Below, one piece after another: positions 18,125 to 26,528 of a DNA stretch of 64,000 bases (its first letter is position 1; every line of letters begins with the position of its first letter). The position numbers and the translations under genes are program-made. The notes below the pieces were generated by a model. It did not search any database. It saw only the letters and a program-made list of their open reading frames with translations, and was not told the origin of the DNA. The DNA is taken from the NCBI GenBank assembly GCA_019307135.1, contig JAFDKF010000003.1, positions 978 through 64,977 on the forward strand. Direction: 5' to 3'. This DNA comes from Deltaproteobacteria bacterium. GTDB lineage: Bacteria; Desulfobacterota; Desulfobacteria; Desulfobacterales; C00003060.

Positions 18125-20123
18125 CTGGCGCGACCAGATTCTCAAGGAGTTCACTCCAAAGGTGGCCCGTTTGACCCTGGTGGCAGATCCCGACGGACTT
18201 CTCCTGGAGGAAGGGATTCTTGAAGGAATACGCGAGCGGGGCTTTGAATTGATCCCATTCGAGGATCACGTTGCCTTCCGATATGCCTATGAAACCAAGT
18301 TCCGTTCCCGCTGGGACAAGGGAGAGCAGACGGATCTGGTCGTCGCACTTCGCTCAGGAGCCAGCGATCTTGGTTCCTTGCCGTACGATCTGCTTCAAGC
18401 TGGTCGCCGGTTATCCTTCAACCTTGGAGAGATATTTCCAAACTTGAGCTATCCGGTGATAGCCGCCTTGGACCGCGGAGATCTTGAGGCGCTTTTTGAT
18501 GCCCAAAAACGACATGCACCCGGTGTCTTGGGCGACAATGCTAGCAAAGAGTTCGTTCTGCGGCATGTCTTCGAGATCGCGCCTGAATTGATCAGAAAGC
18601 CGTCTGATCTGCTTCGCGTGCTGCTACGCCGCCATTACCGTGAACAGCGCATCCCGACGATTCTGGATGAACGTTTCATCCAGGTCCTTAGCCAGAACGA
18701 CGGCTTTGAAGGGTGGCCGCTCGATTCCATCATCCCGGACCGAGAAGCGTTTTTCGCCTTTCTCCAGGAACGCTGGCCCATTTTTCTCGACCGGTCGGCA
18801 AAACAAAATGGTTCAGAGATCAGCGAGAAAAAGAAAGCCTATGGGCTTGAATTTTCGGGTCCCTCGGGCTTGCCTTTTGACCACGATGATATCCGTGTCT
18901 ACATTGACAATCTGTTCCTTGAAGGATTGCTTCAAGCCGTTTCCCATAAGCGAGCCGATTCTCTGTCCAAAACCTGGCTCGCAATTGGCATCCGTACCGA
19001 TGAGCAGGCAGATCGAACGCGTCGCGTGAATGGCCTGCTTGACAATATAGCGTCCACCATCCCGAAAGAGGATACGCGGCATGATGACTGGTTTCACTTT
19101 GCCAAAACATGGGCAGAGCTTATGGCGCTTGTTTTGGAACCGGAGTCGGCGTTGCCCGAACCGGCCCATCAAAGGATCCAATCCCTACAAACCAAAATTG
19201 ATGCCGTGCTTGTGACCTGGCTGAAAAAGCGATACGCAGGACTGTTCAATCTGCCGCCGGTACCGCCAGTCATGCTTCACCACATTCCCCGATTCCTCGC
19301 CCGATACATCGGTAATGCCAAGGAAAACAGGGTCGCATTCATTTTGGTGGATGGGCTTTCGCTTGATCAGTGGATCGTCATACGCAAGGCCCTTACTCAA
19401 CAACGCCAAAGATATCGATTCCGCGAAACCGCGGTCTTCGCCTGGATACCGACAATCACATCCGTCTCACGCCAAGCCGCCTTTGCCGGCAGACCGCCTA
19501 TTTACTATCCTAACAGTATCCATACCACGGATAAAGAATCCGTCCTGTGGACGCAATTCTGGGTAGACCAGGGCCTGACACAACATGAAGTCATATACGC
19601 TAAGGGATTAGGCCACGGCCCTCTTAACAACGTTGAAGAGTTGATTGCAAACCCAAAGATACGGGTTGCCGGTCTGATCGTAAACAAAGTGGATAAGATC
19701 ATGCATGGTATGGAGCTCGGTGCAGCGGGAATGCATAATCAGATTCGACAATGGGCTTTACAGCCGTTCATGACGAATCTTATAGAACTGCTTTTAAACA
19801 ATAGATACCGTATCTACCTGACATCGGACCACGGAAATGTGGAGGCTGTCGGATGTGGCCGTCCTGCTGAAGGAGCGGTTGCGGATTTACGCGGTGAGCG
19901 CGTACGAATTTATTCCAATTCTATCCTTCGTGGTCAAATCAAGGATCGCTTTCCGGATGCTCTAGAATGGCCCCCTGTAGGTCTGCCGGAAAACTATTTG
20001 CCTTTACTTGCCCCAGGCCGCTCAGCATTTGTTCGTGAAACAGAACGCCTTGTCGGCCACGGCGGTATTTCCCTGGAAGAGGTCGTCGTCCCTCTCGTTC
20101 AAATCGAAATGGGGGTCGCATGA
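18117..20123 (+). CDS. pglZ: BREX alkaline-phosphatase-superfamily protein PglZ
   Basis: About 668 aa with FILVDGLSLDQW and YLTSDHGN motifs. The ATG at 18117 overlaps the brxHII stop (18122-18124). Confidence 0.75.
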   Translation: MSSWRDQILKEFTPKVARLTLVADPDGLLLEEGILEGIRERGFELIPFEDHVAFRYAYETKFRSRWDKGEQTDLVVALRSGASDLGSLPYDLLQAGRRLSFNLGEIFPNLSYPVIAALDRGDLEALFDAQKRHAPGVLGDNASKEFVLRHVFEIAPELIRKPSDLLRVLLRRHYREQRIPTILDERFIQVLSQNDGFEGWPLDSIIPDREAFFAFLQERWPIFLDRSAKQNGSEISEKKKAYGLEFSGPSGLPFDHDDIRVYIDNLFLEGLLQAVSHKRADSLSKTWLAIGIRTDEQADRTRRVNGLLDNIASTIPKEDTRHDDWFHFAKTWAELMALVLEPESALPEPAHQRIQSLQTKIDAVLVTWLKKRYAGLFNLPPVPPVMLHHIPRFLARYIGNAKENRVAFILVDGLSLDQWIVIRKALTQQRQRYRFRETAVFAWIPTITSVSRQAAFAGRPPIYYPNSIHTTDKESVLWTQFWVDQGLTQHEVIYAKGLGHGPLNNVEELIANPKIRVAGLIVNKVDKIMHGMELGAAGMHNQIRQWALQPFMTNLIELLLNNRYRIYLTSDHGNVEAVGCGRPAEGAVADLRGERVRIYSNSILRGQIKDRFPDALEWPPVGLPENYLPLLAPGRSAFVRETERLVGHGGISLEEVVVPLVQIEMGVA

Positions 20124-20935
20124 ACGTACGGGCAAGCCAAATCGGGTTCAGCCAACGCATCCGCCTTGAATGGCTTGAACAGACAGCTAACCTTGTATTG
20201 GCTGGAAACGATAAAACTGAAATCAACGATTCTCTCCAGGAACTGCTGAAGAATAAGGTCTCCATCGGAGGTGAAGCCATCCGGGGCAATCGAGAGAAGG
20301 TCATCTCCATCCTTATGAAGACATGGCTCACCGTACCCCGCGGCTTGGAAGCACTCCGCGATGAAGGCTTGCAGATACATCAGGGGCTGCCTCGTAAAGA
20401 CCGCATTGCTGTTCACTGGGGCATGGCATTGGCCGCTTATCCGTTCTGGGGTGCGGTCGCCGCGCACACCGGTCGCCTGCTGCGACTTCAGGGAACGGCT
20501 GCGGCAGCCCACGTTCAGCGTAGAGTTAAAGAACAATACGGAGAGCGCGAAACCGCCTCCCGGGCAGCCCGGCGTGTCTTAAGGTCATTCATCGACTGGA
20601 ACGTCCTGAATGAGACGGATGATAAAGGCGTATACGCCCAGGGTATTCGCTATTCGATTCAAGACCCCAGGCTCATTTCCTGGATGGTGGAGGCGTCTTT
20701 GCACGCCCGCGCAAACGGTTCCGCCGCCACCAAAGACTTACTCGATGGCCCAAGTATATTTCCCTTTCGCCTGGCGCACATCACTGCAGAGCACTTGGCA
20801 TCTTTATCGCCTCGTCTGGACTTATTACGGCACGGCTTGGATGAGGATCTGATGATGCTGAGACAAAGAGACCGGCAAGTGAACGGAAAGACAAAGGAGT
20901 TTGAGGGTGGTCCATGGGCAAACGCAAAATCATAA
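20120..20935 (+). CDS. BREX-associated protein in the brxA position (BrxA-like, positional call only)
   Basis: 271 aa with an ATGA overlap with the pglZ stop. It is the last gene of the operon, where type 3 BREX carries brxA. I cannot verify a DUF1819 signature by eye. Confidence 0.4.
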   Translation: MNVRASQIGFSQRIRLEWLEQTANLVLAGNDKTEINDSLQELLKNKVSIGGEAIRGNREKVISILMKTWLTVPRGLEALRDEGLQIHQGLPRKDRIAVHWGMALAAYPFWGAVAAHTGRLLRLQGTAAAAHVQRRVKEQYGERETASRAARRVLRSFIDWNVLNETDDKGVYAQGIRYSIQDPRLISWMVEASLHARANGSAATKDLLDGPSIFPFRLAHITAEHLASLSPRLDLLRHGLDEDLMMLRQRDRQVNGKTKEFEGGPWANAKS

Positions 20936-21768
20936 GACGCCGAAAAATTCCAAAAGTGACTTGCTCTGATATTCTCGGAGATCACCCTACTGACTGTCAT
21001 CCTTTGGGTGTTTTACTCACTGCGTCAGATGGATCGACCGAAAGTGGGGTTCCTCACAGGACACTTTCAGAATGCACTGGCCAAAGAAAAGCCATCGTTG
21101 AATGTGTTCGCGAAATGCTGGTTCAACATCATGTGAGTCCGGAAGCTTTGGAACGGGACAGACAAAGACGTGAGGCAATGCAACGCTTGGGATTTGAAGA
21201 TGATCAGTCTCGCATGAAGCGTTTTCCAACGAATCCAACAACACAAAAAGGTAATCTCGCGGAAGTCTTACTGGCAGAATATATTGCTGCTGCAAATGAA
21301 GTTTCTTTGCCTGTCTATCGTCTCAGGTACAATCCAAATGTTGAACAGGCAATGAAAGGTGATGATGTACTCGCTTTCGATTTGGACTCCGATCCTGTAC
21401 GGGTGATTGTCGGGGAATCGAAATTCCGAACAATATCTTCAAAAGCTGCTGTGATTGATATTGTTGAAGGTCTGGTTCGTTCATATAAGGGCGGTATCCC
21501 AGCATCATTGCAGTTTGTAGCGGATCGATTATTTGAGACGGGCAAAGCTGGTCTTGGCGAACGAATTCTTGAATGCGCAACCTTGTTCGCACTGGAAAAG
21601 CTACAGCTTGAATATGTTGGGCTGTTGATGAGTGATACCCGCACTGCGAACAGAATGAATCAGCACACGGTTAATTCCTTTCATCGACTTGCGGTAATTT
21701 CATTTGGCCTGGATTCGCCGGGCTCAATTGTTGATCCCTGTTTTAAAGGCTTGGAGGAATGCAAATGA
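20914..21768 (+). CDS. hamA: HamA-like (DUF1837-type) PD-(D/E)xK protein of a Hachiman-like module
   Basis: 284 aa with QKGNLAEVLLAEY...GDDVLAFDLD...VIVGESKF. It has a 4-nt overlap with the following helicase-N-terminus ORF, matching the hamA-hamB order. Confidence 0.5.
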   Translation: MGKRKIIRRRKIPKVTCSDILGDHPTDCHPLGVLLTASDGSTESGVPHRTLSECTGQRKAIVECVREMLVQHHVSPEALERDRQRREAMQRLGFEDDQSRMKRFPTNPTTQKGNLAEVLLAEYIAAANEVSLPVYRLRYNPNVEQAMKGDDVLAFDLDSDPVRVIVGESKFRTISSKAAVIDIVEGLVRSYKGGIPASLQFVADRLFETGKAGLGERILECATLFALEKLQLEYVGLLMSDTRTANRMNQHTVNSFHRLAVISFGLDSPGSIVDPCFKGLEECK

Positions 21769-22685
21769 CGATTCCTGTTGAGCAAGCACAAAGAGTAGTC
21801 ACATCTTTACAGGCCGGACGGATTCAAAATCTGTTTGCACAATCCCATGCAAAGCATGTTTTACATGAGGTTAATGAATCGCCGGACAATTTTCCTGCTT
21901 TTGACAAGCAGCTTGAAGACAAGGTCACCTTTACAGCCTATGCTCTCCTCGCTGCAAGTTGCAGCCTGTTGGAGCAAAAGACTATTGAAGAAGGTGCATC
22001 TGGCCTTGAGATGGCAGCGGTCCTTTTGCAAAACGTTCATGGGCCATTTGTGGAAGAGTCCCGCGAGAGTAGTTTTCATTTACTGGTCTCTTCAATGGCA
22101 TTTTATGCTTCCGGACATTATTCCCGAGCTTTTGTTGCGATTCGCCAAGTGGAGAGCACTACAAAGGAAGCTGGTGTAATTGCAGCGTTCATTCGGAAAG
22201 ATTTCAAAAGTCTGATTCAACGTCTTAACGGAATTTTGCTCCAGGATATACCGGAGTTCGAAGATCAAACCAACCTCGATCAATGGGCAATTACGATAGC
22301 AATCGCACGTTCTTTAGCCTACACTTTAGAATTCATAATGACTGGGGTTGAGGATATTCGAAGTGAAATTGGCCGAACACTCGAAGATGCATCAGTGATT
22401 GCGATGGCTGGGTTATCGCCATCTCACTGGTGGATTGTCCGATTATTGAAGTTGATGTTACAAAAACTTAGTGAGGCATCTTTATGGAAAACCCTTCCGC
22501 CATTTTTTGATCCAGAAGCGAATTCCCATCTGGATCGATACGTACGTTTGCTGGCTTTCTCGAAAACACCCGTCATCGAGTTATGGGCATCACAACGTGC
22601 TGCCCTATCACTTGCGTTAAACCCGACAAATCGAGGTGGAGTTGTCAACTTGAAGGAAACAGAAGGGTCAGGTCTCAACATTTGA
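21765..22685 (+). pseudogene. hamB: Truncated HamB-like helicase (N-terminal ~300 aa only)
   Basis: It ends ...VIELWASQRAALSLALNPTNRGGVVNL and then KETEGSGLNI-stop. That is exactly where a helicase Walker A (PTGSGKT) should follow. No helicase core is found downstream. The break coincides with the hairpin at 22665-22714. Confidence 0.55.
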
Positions 22686-22734
22686 CATTTGTGTTGAAAG
22701 TTGAGACCTGACCCCGTAATATGACCCCGTAATA
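22665..22734. repeat. 15-bp-stem hairpin (GGGTCAGGTCTCAAC/GTTGAGACCTGACCC) followed by a tandem 13-mer TGACCCCGTAATA x2
   Basis: Read directly: arms at 22665-22679 and 22700-22714, direct 13-mers at 22709-22721 and 22722-22734. Confidence 0.8.
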
Positions 22735-22833
22735 CCTACAGTCGCCGCGCCGTTAGGCCGACCAACAACATTGTGGATGTGCAATTGTAAAGTTGGTGGT
22801 TGGCGTGATCCAAGAGCTTTGGGAGGAAACACA

Positions 22834-23637
22834 ATGACTGATTTTGGTCGCACAACCGCAAACGTAGCTGCATGGAATCTTTCTGGGTTTGATCCGATTC
22901 CGGCTGATAGACTGAAACGACAAGTTGACGGGCTTGCACTGCTTGATGCAGAAGTCGTTGCGCTTATCGAGATCAACCCACTTTCAGCGCTTGAAACTTT
23001 TAAACAAGGACTTCGGGACAAAGGCGTAAGTTACGATTACACCATTCTTGAACAGGAAAACGACTTAAACATTGGCGTGCTATATAAGACTGGGGTTACG
23101 GCGACAAATCCGCGATTCATAGATGGCTCCGACCTCGGTGATACCAGGAGGCGGAAAGCCTTCGTCGTTGACATGAAGATCGGCAAGTTCGACTTTCTGC
23201 TCATCGTTGTGCACCTTAAGTCGGGGCGGGGTGCCGAAGAACAGAAGATCCGCGACGATCAGGCAAAGGTCATTGGGCAATTCATCAAGGAACTTCGGGA
23301 AGAGAGCCGAGAAGACATCCTATTAGTTGGCGATTTCAACATGATCCCTGGTCAAGATGTCAGTAACTTCCACCATCTCGGTGGAGACGACCTGATGAAT
23401 TTTCTGTCATCATGGGACCTTCAAGCACGTTTTTCACACATCTTGGAGGCTGGTAGAGCAAACCTATTGGATGGCTTTGCGATAAGTCGGACATACAGTA
23501 CCGAGTACATTCGCGGGAGTCTTCGTATATTTCCAATGCACTGGAGTATGGACATCGGTCGTGAGCGGTTTCGAGAGACCGTCTCGGACCATCTGCCGTT
23601 CGTTGCTTCGTTCAGAATTGATCGAGCTCGAGACTAG
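22834..23637 (+). CDS. Endonuclease/exonuclease/phosphatase (EEP) family protein
   Basis: GGAGG lies upstream of the ATG at 22834. The sequence has WNLSGF..., VVALIEI, LIVVHLKSG, LLVGDFNM and SDHLPFVASF, the ordered EEP (DNase I-like) catalytic motifs. Confidence 0.65.
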   Translation: MTDFGRTTANVAAWNLSGFDPIPADRLKRQVDGLALLDAEVVALIEINPLSALETFKQGLRDKGVSYDYTILEQENDLNIGVLYKTGVTATNPRFIDGSDLGDTRRRKAFVVDMKIGKFDFLLIVVHLKSGRGAEEQKIRDDQAKVIGQFIKELREESREDILLVGDFNMIPGQDVSNFHHLGGDDLMNFLSSWDLQARFSHILEAGRANLLDGFAISRTYSTEYIRGSLRIFPMHWSMDIGRERFRETVSDHLPFVASFRIDRARD

Positions 23638-23730
23638 GTGCCTAACAATGCGTTTGCACACTGACCGGCTTTATCGTGCGGCCTTTGAATGGTTTTGCAG
23701 TGCACAGTTTTGGGCTATCAACAATATTTA

Positions 23731-23845
23731 AGGCGCCCCCCGCCGGCAGGTGAAACGCGCCGTTGGCGGAGCTGAGCCTTCGGCTCCCAGCGCCTGGTAG
23801 TCGCTTCGCTCCGGTCCTATCGGCGCGGCGGCTGTGGCCACCCGC
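23731..23845. other. 115-nt GC-rich, hairpin-dense island (candidate structured RNA or element end, unassigned)
   Basis: A sharp composition jump. It contains GAGCC-TTC-GGCTC, CCGCC...GGCGG and GCGCC...GGCGC pairings. It has no convincing ORF. Confidence 0.3.
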
Positions 23846-23998
23846 GGAAAACTCAATGGTGTCACATCTTGAATTGTGAATAAGGCTTTAGGAAAACTCA
23901 ATAAACTCAATGGTGTCACATCTTGAATTGTGAATAAGGCTTTAGGAAAACTCAATAAACTCAATGGTGTCACATCTTGAATTGTGAATAAGGCTTTA
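23846..23998. repeat. Tandem repeat, 3 units (45, 54 and 54 bp)
   Basis: Unit is ggaaaactcaat(aaactcaat)ggtgtcacatcttgaattgtgaataaggcttta. Each unit contains the palindrome TCACA-N8-TGTGA. There are no spacers. Confidence 0.9.
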
Positions 23999-24057
23999 TA
24001 GTTATAGCATTCACCAGGACAGAATCCAGGGCTATTATGAACTACATGGTAATGAGT

Positions 24058-24129
24058 GGGGTCAGGGCTACACTCTTGACAGACTTGTCAAGAGTGTAGC
24101 CCTGACCCCGATGCTGACTGATGCTGACC
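24058..24129. repeat. Perfect 24-bp-stem hairpin followed by a tandem 10-mer GATGCTGAC(T/C) x2
   Basis: Arms are at 24058-24081 and 24086-24109 (GGGGTCAGGGCTACACTCTTGACA / revcomp). It shares GGGTCAGG...CCTGACCCCG with the hairpin at 22665. Confidence 0.85.
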
Positions 24130-24193
24130 CCAAATATTTCGGACCTCGATGGAAAGATCAAGACCAAAGAACCCCACACGTTAAAGGTGCGCT

Positions 24194-24421
24194 ATGTCAA
24201 AAAAGAAGGACAAGGCTGAATCCTATTTGAGGCCAGAAATCTCCAGAGAGCTTGACAAAATTAAGCTCGCAAAAGAGGAGGTGGAAAAGATCAAGACGGA
24301 CAGTTGGCCCAGACAAGAGAAGATCTTGGAACAATTGCAACAGGCCAGAATCAAGGATGTCGAGCGCAAAGTCTTAAAGGATGAGCGAGCGGCAAGTGAG
24401 CGGCAAGTGGGACGTCCGTAA
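24194..24421 (+). CDS. Hypothetical small charged (K/E-rich) protein
   Basis: 75-aa ORF with a weak RBS and no recognisable motif. Confidence 0.3.
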   Translation: MSKKKDKAESYLRPEISRELDKIKLAKEEVEKIKTDSWPRQEKILEQLQQARIKDVERKVLKDERAASERQVGRP

Positions 24422-24542
24422 ATAAGTAACTAACTGCTCCTTATGAGCAAAAAAGCAGTTGAGGGGAAGTTTGGGATGCTCTTTTGTTTTACAGGGGGAA
24501 GCTTCGGGAAGCTTCGCCCTTTACATTTACAGATTTGAAATT

Positions 24543-24728
24543 ATGATTCTTGTGCACGTTAAGGCAAAAAGCCTGTTGTGCTATTGGGCGGTAAGAGACC
24601 TTGGTATTGGTATGGCTCAAATAGCAAGGCGCTTGAATCTCTCATTGGCCGGGGTAAGTCAGTCGGTAAAGCGAGGAGAGACAATAGTACAACAAAAGGG
24701 CTATAATCTCATCGATCCTTATGCCTAA
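24543..24728 (+). pseudogene. C-terminal HTH fragment of an IS200/RayT-like (Y1) transposase
   Basis: KAKSLLCYWAVRDLGIGMAQIARRLNLSLAGVSQSVKRGE resembles the DnaA-C-like HTH tail seen on REP-associated Y1 transposases. No catalytic N-terminal part is present. Confidence 0.4.
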
Positions 24729-24828
24729 AAATGTAAATATGGAAATGTAAATGCGTCCCCAAACTTCAAACTAAAGTTGATACATAGCGGGGGTGTATAC
24801 GTAGTAAAGAAATAGTATGGAGGTGTAT

Positions 24829-25155
24829 ATGAAGGAAGAAGATGAAGAATTTAGGTTTTTTAAGACAAGCGGGGTGTCAGTAACGGCATCTCGTCCTGAT
24901 GGTTCGGGAGTAACATCCTTTTATCATCAGTCTATGGCAAGCGAAGAGATTGTTGAGGATTCGACTGCTGTGTCTCAAGTATCTTTGGAGCCTGGTCAAA
25001 AGGAACAAATGGTTGAGGTTGTTGAATTGGTAAAGAAAGGTAATTGGGCTGTGGCTGGAATTGAACTTGGTGCTACGTGGGAGAAAGGTTTTACGTTCCA
25101 AATTAAGAGAGAGCCAGGAAGAACTGTCAGATATTATGCTGAAAAGAAGAAATAG
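24829..25155 (+). CDS. Hypothetical protein
   Basis: 108 aa from the ATG at 24829, with GGAGG 5 nt upstream. No recognisable motif. Confidence 0.4.
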   Translation: MKEEDEEFRFFKTSGVSVTASRPDGSGVTSFYHQSMASEEIVEDSTAVSQVSLEPGQKEQMVEVVELVKKGNWAVAGIELGATWEKGFTFQIKREPGRTVRYYAEKKK

Positions 25156-25238
25156 ATATGTGCGTAGAACGTAGAAGAAGCGTAGAAGAGGCATAAAGAA
25201 AAAGGAGAGGAGTTTGCTCTTGACTCAGAGAAAATAGG

Positions 25239-25310
25239 GTAGAAAATAGGGGGTCGCGTCTACGCTCTTGACAAGTAGAAAATAGGGGGTCGCGTCTACA
25301 CTCTTGACAA
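25239..25310. repeat. Tandem 36-bp repeat x2, each with a hairpin plus TTGACA
   Basis: gtagaaaatagggggtcgcgtctac(g/a)ctcttgacaa occurs twice. CTACACTCTTGACA also occurs inside the hairpin at 24058. Confidence 0.8.
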
Positions 25311-25563
25311 AATAGATCTGAGCTTTTCGAGGAAGTGTCCATGGGGGGTAGATTTGGAAAATATGGCGATGCCAAGCGCAAGGAGCGTTTGCGCAAAACC
25401 CGCCTCAAGCCATCTATTTCTTGGCAAAGGAGAAGGACAAATGCTCAAAAGGGTCTCGAAATAGCATGGTGCCAGTAGATATTCGGCGGGGAGGCTTTTG
25501 AATAGAAGCAAGTGTTAAAATTTTACGTATATCCGCATATCCATAAAAAGGAGGGTATCAAAA

Positions 25564-25677
25564 ATGGAAAAGAAGGAACCAATGACTTGGGGAGAATGGT
25601 TTGCCATTCTCATAGTTTCTGGCACTGTCGGCCTCATAGTATTGATAGTACTGGCAACAATTGTGGGCTTGATATAA
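25564..25677 (+). CDS. Small hydrophobic single-TM peptide (37 aa)
   Basis: A strong RBS AAAGGAGGG lies about 8 nt upstream. The sequence is MEKKEPMTWGEWFAILIVSGTVGLIVLIVLATIVGLI. It is below the ORF-track size cutoff. Confidence 0.4.
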   Translation: MEKKEPMTWGEWFAILIVSGTVGLIVLIVLATIVGLI

Positions 25678-26053
25678 GTATGTAGTCAAATTGTCTGCTT
25701 TGGCAATTGTTGTCATTGGCGTAGCAGCACTACTGGAAAAAGGCTCTGCTCGACTTAGGGTCAAAGGGGACGTTCGTGCAGAACGTGCTTGACGACTTGA
25801 CTGGTTTAAAAAGTTTGAAAAAGTTTGGGGACGCCCTTTAGTTTTACAGTTTCTAAGTAATCTTTTTAGAGTTGGTTTATGATGGCAAGAAAGTCGAGGA
25901 TAGAGCAATTGAGCTCATAGGTCATAGCTCATAGCTGATAGCTGGAAAGTAGGAGATATCGAGGGGCGGTAGATTTGGAAAATATGGCGATGCCAAGCGC
26001 AAGGCACACACCAAAATGGGCCTAAGGAGAAAAAATATGTTTAAGGAATCCAA

Positions 26054-26528
26054 GTGAAAGCCAAAAACATTTTTTTGAGCGAGGCGGATCAAAAGGCCAG
26101 CGACTGGGTTTTTCACCCGTGAGATGAGAGAAAAGGGCAGGAGGACCGGATTTTCCATAACTACTCTTGATGGCAAAAAGGGTGTGCTCGCCCACCGAAA
26201 CATAAAGAGCCGTTTCAAGGTGGGCAAATATGGCGTGAGCCTTCACGACATTGAACATATTGCGGTTCCATCGATGACACCTTCTGAGCCTGATGAAGTT
26301 GTGGTGGTTGATGAAGTGGGAAAGATGGAGTGTTTCTCTTCGCTGTTCAGACAGACATTGGTCAAGGTTCTCGATGCACACCACCCCCTCATCGGCTCTA
26401 TTGCTCAAAAAGGAGACAAATTCATAGAAAAAATCAAGGCCCGTGATGATGTCTTGGTGGTGCCCGTAACTGAAAATAACAGAGACTCGCCAGAGTTCTT
26501 TGCCCGGTTGTTGTCGATGATTCATTAG
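26054..26528 (+). pseudogene. THEP1-type NTPase with the P-loop region deleted
   Basis: VKAKNIFL... (start of the family) is in one frame. After a stop and frame change comes GFFTREMREKGRRTGFSITTLDGKKGVLAH...VVVDEVGKMEC.... The GxxGxGKT segment is missing. Confidence 0.55.

Noticed and set aside
23638-23735. attC-like site right after the EEP gene stop (GCCTAACAAT... resembling the R'' end of integron attC sites), suggesting an integron cassette
   Set aside because: The expected complementary R' end (GTTAGGC) is only loosely present (TTTAAGGC) and the arms pair poorly. No intI gene is present, and no comparable sites follow the neighbouring ORFs.
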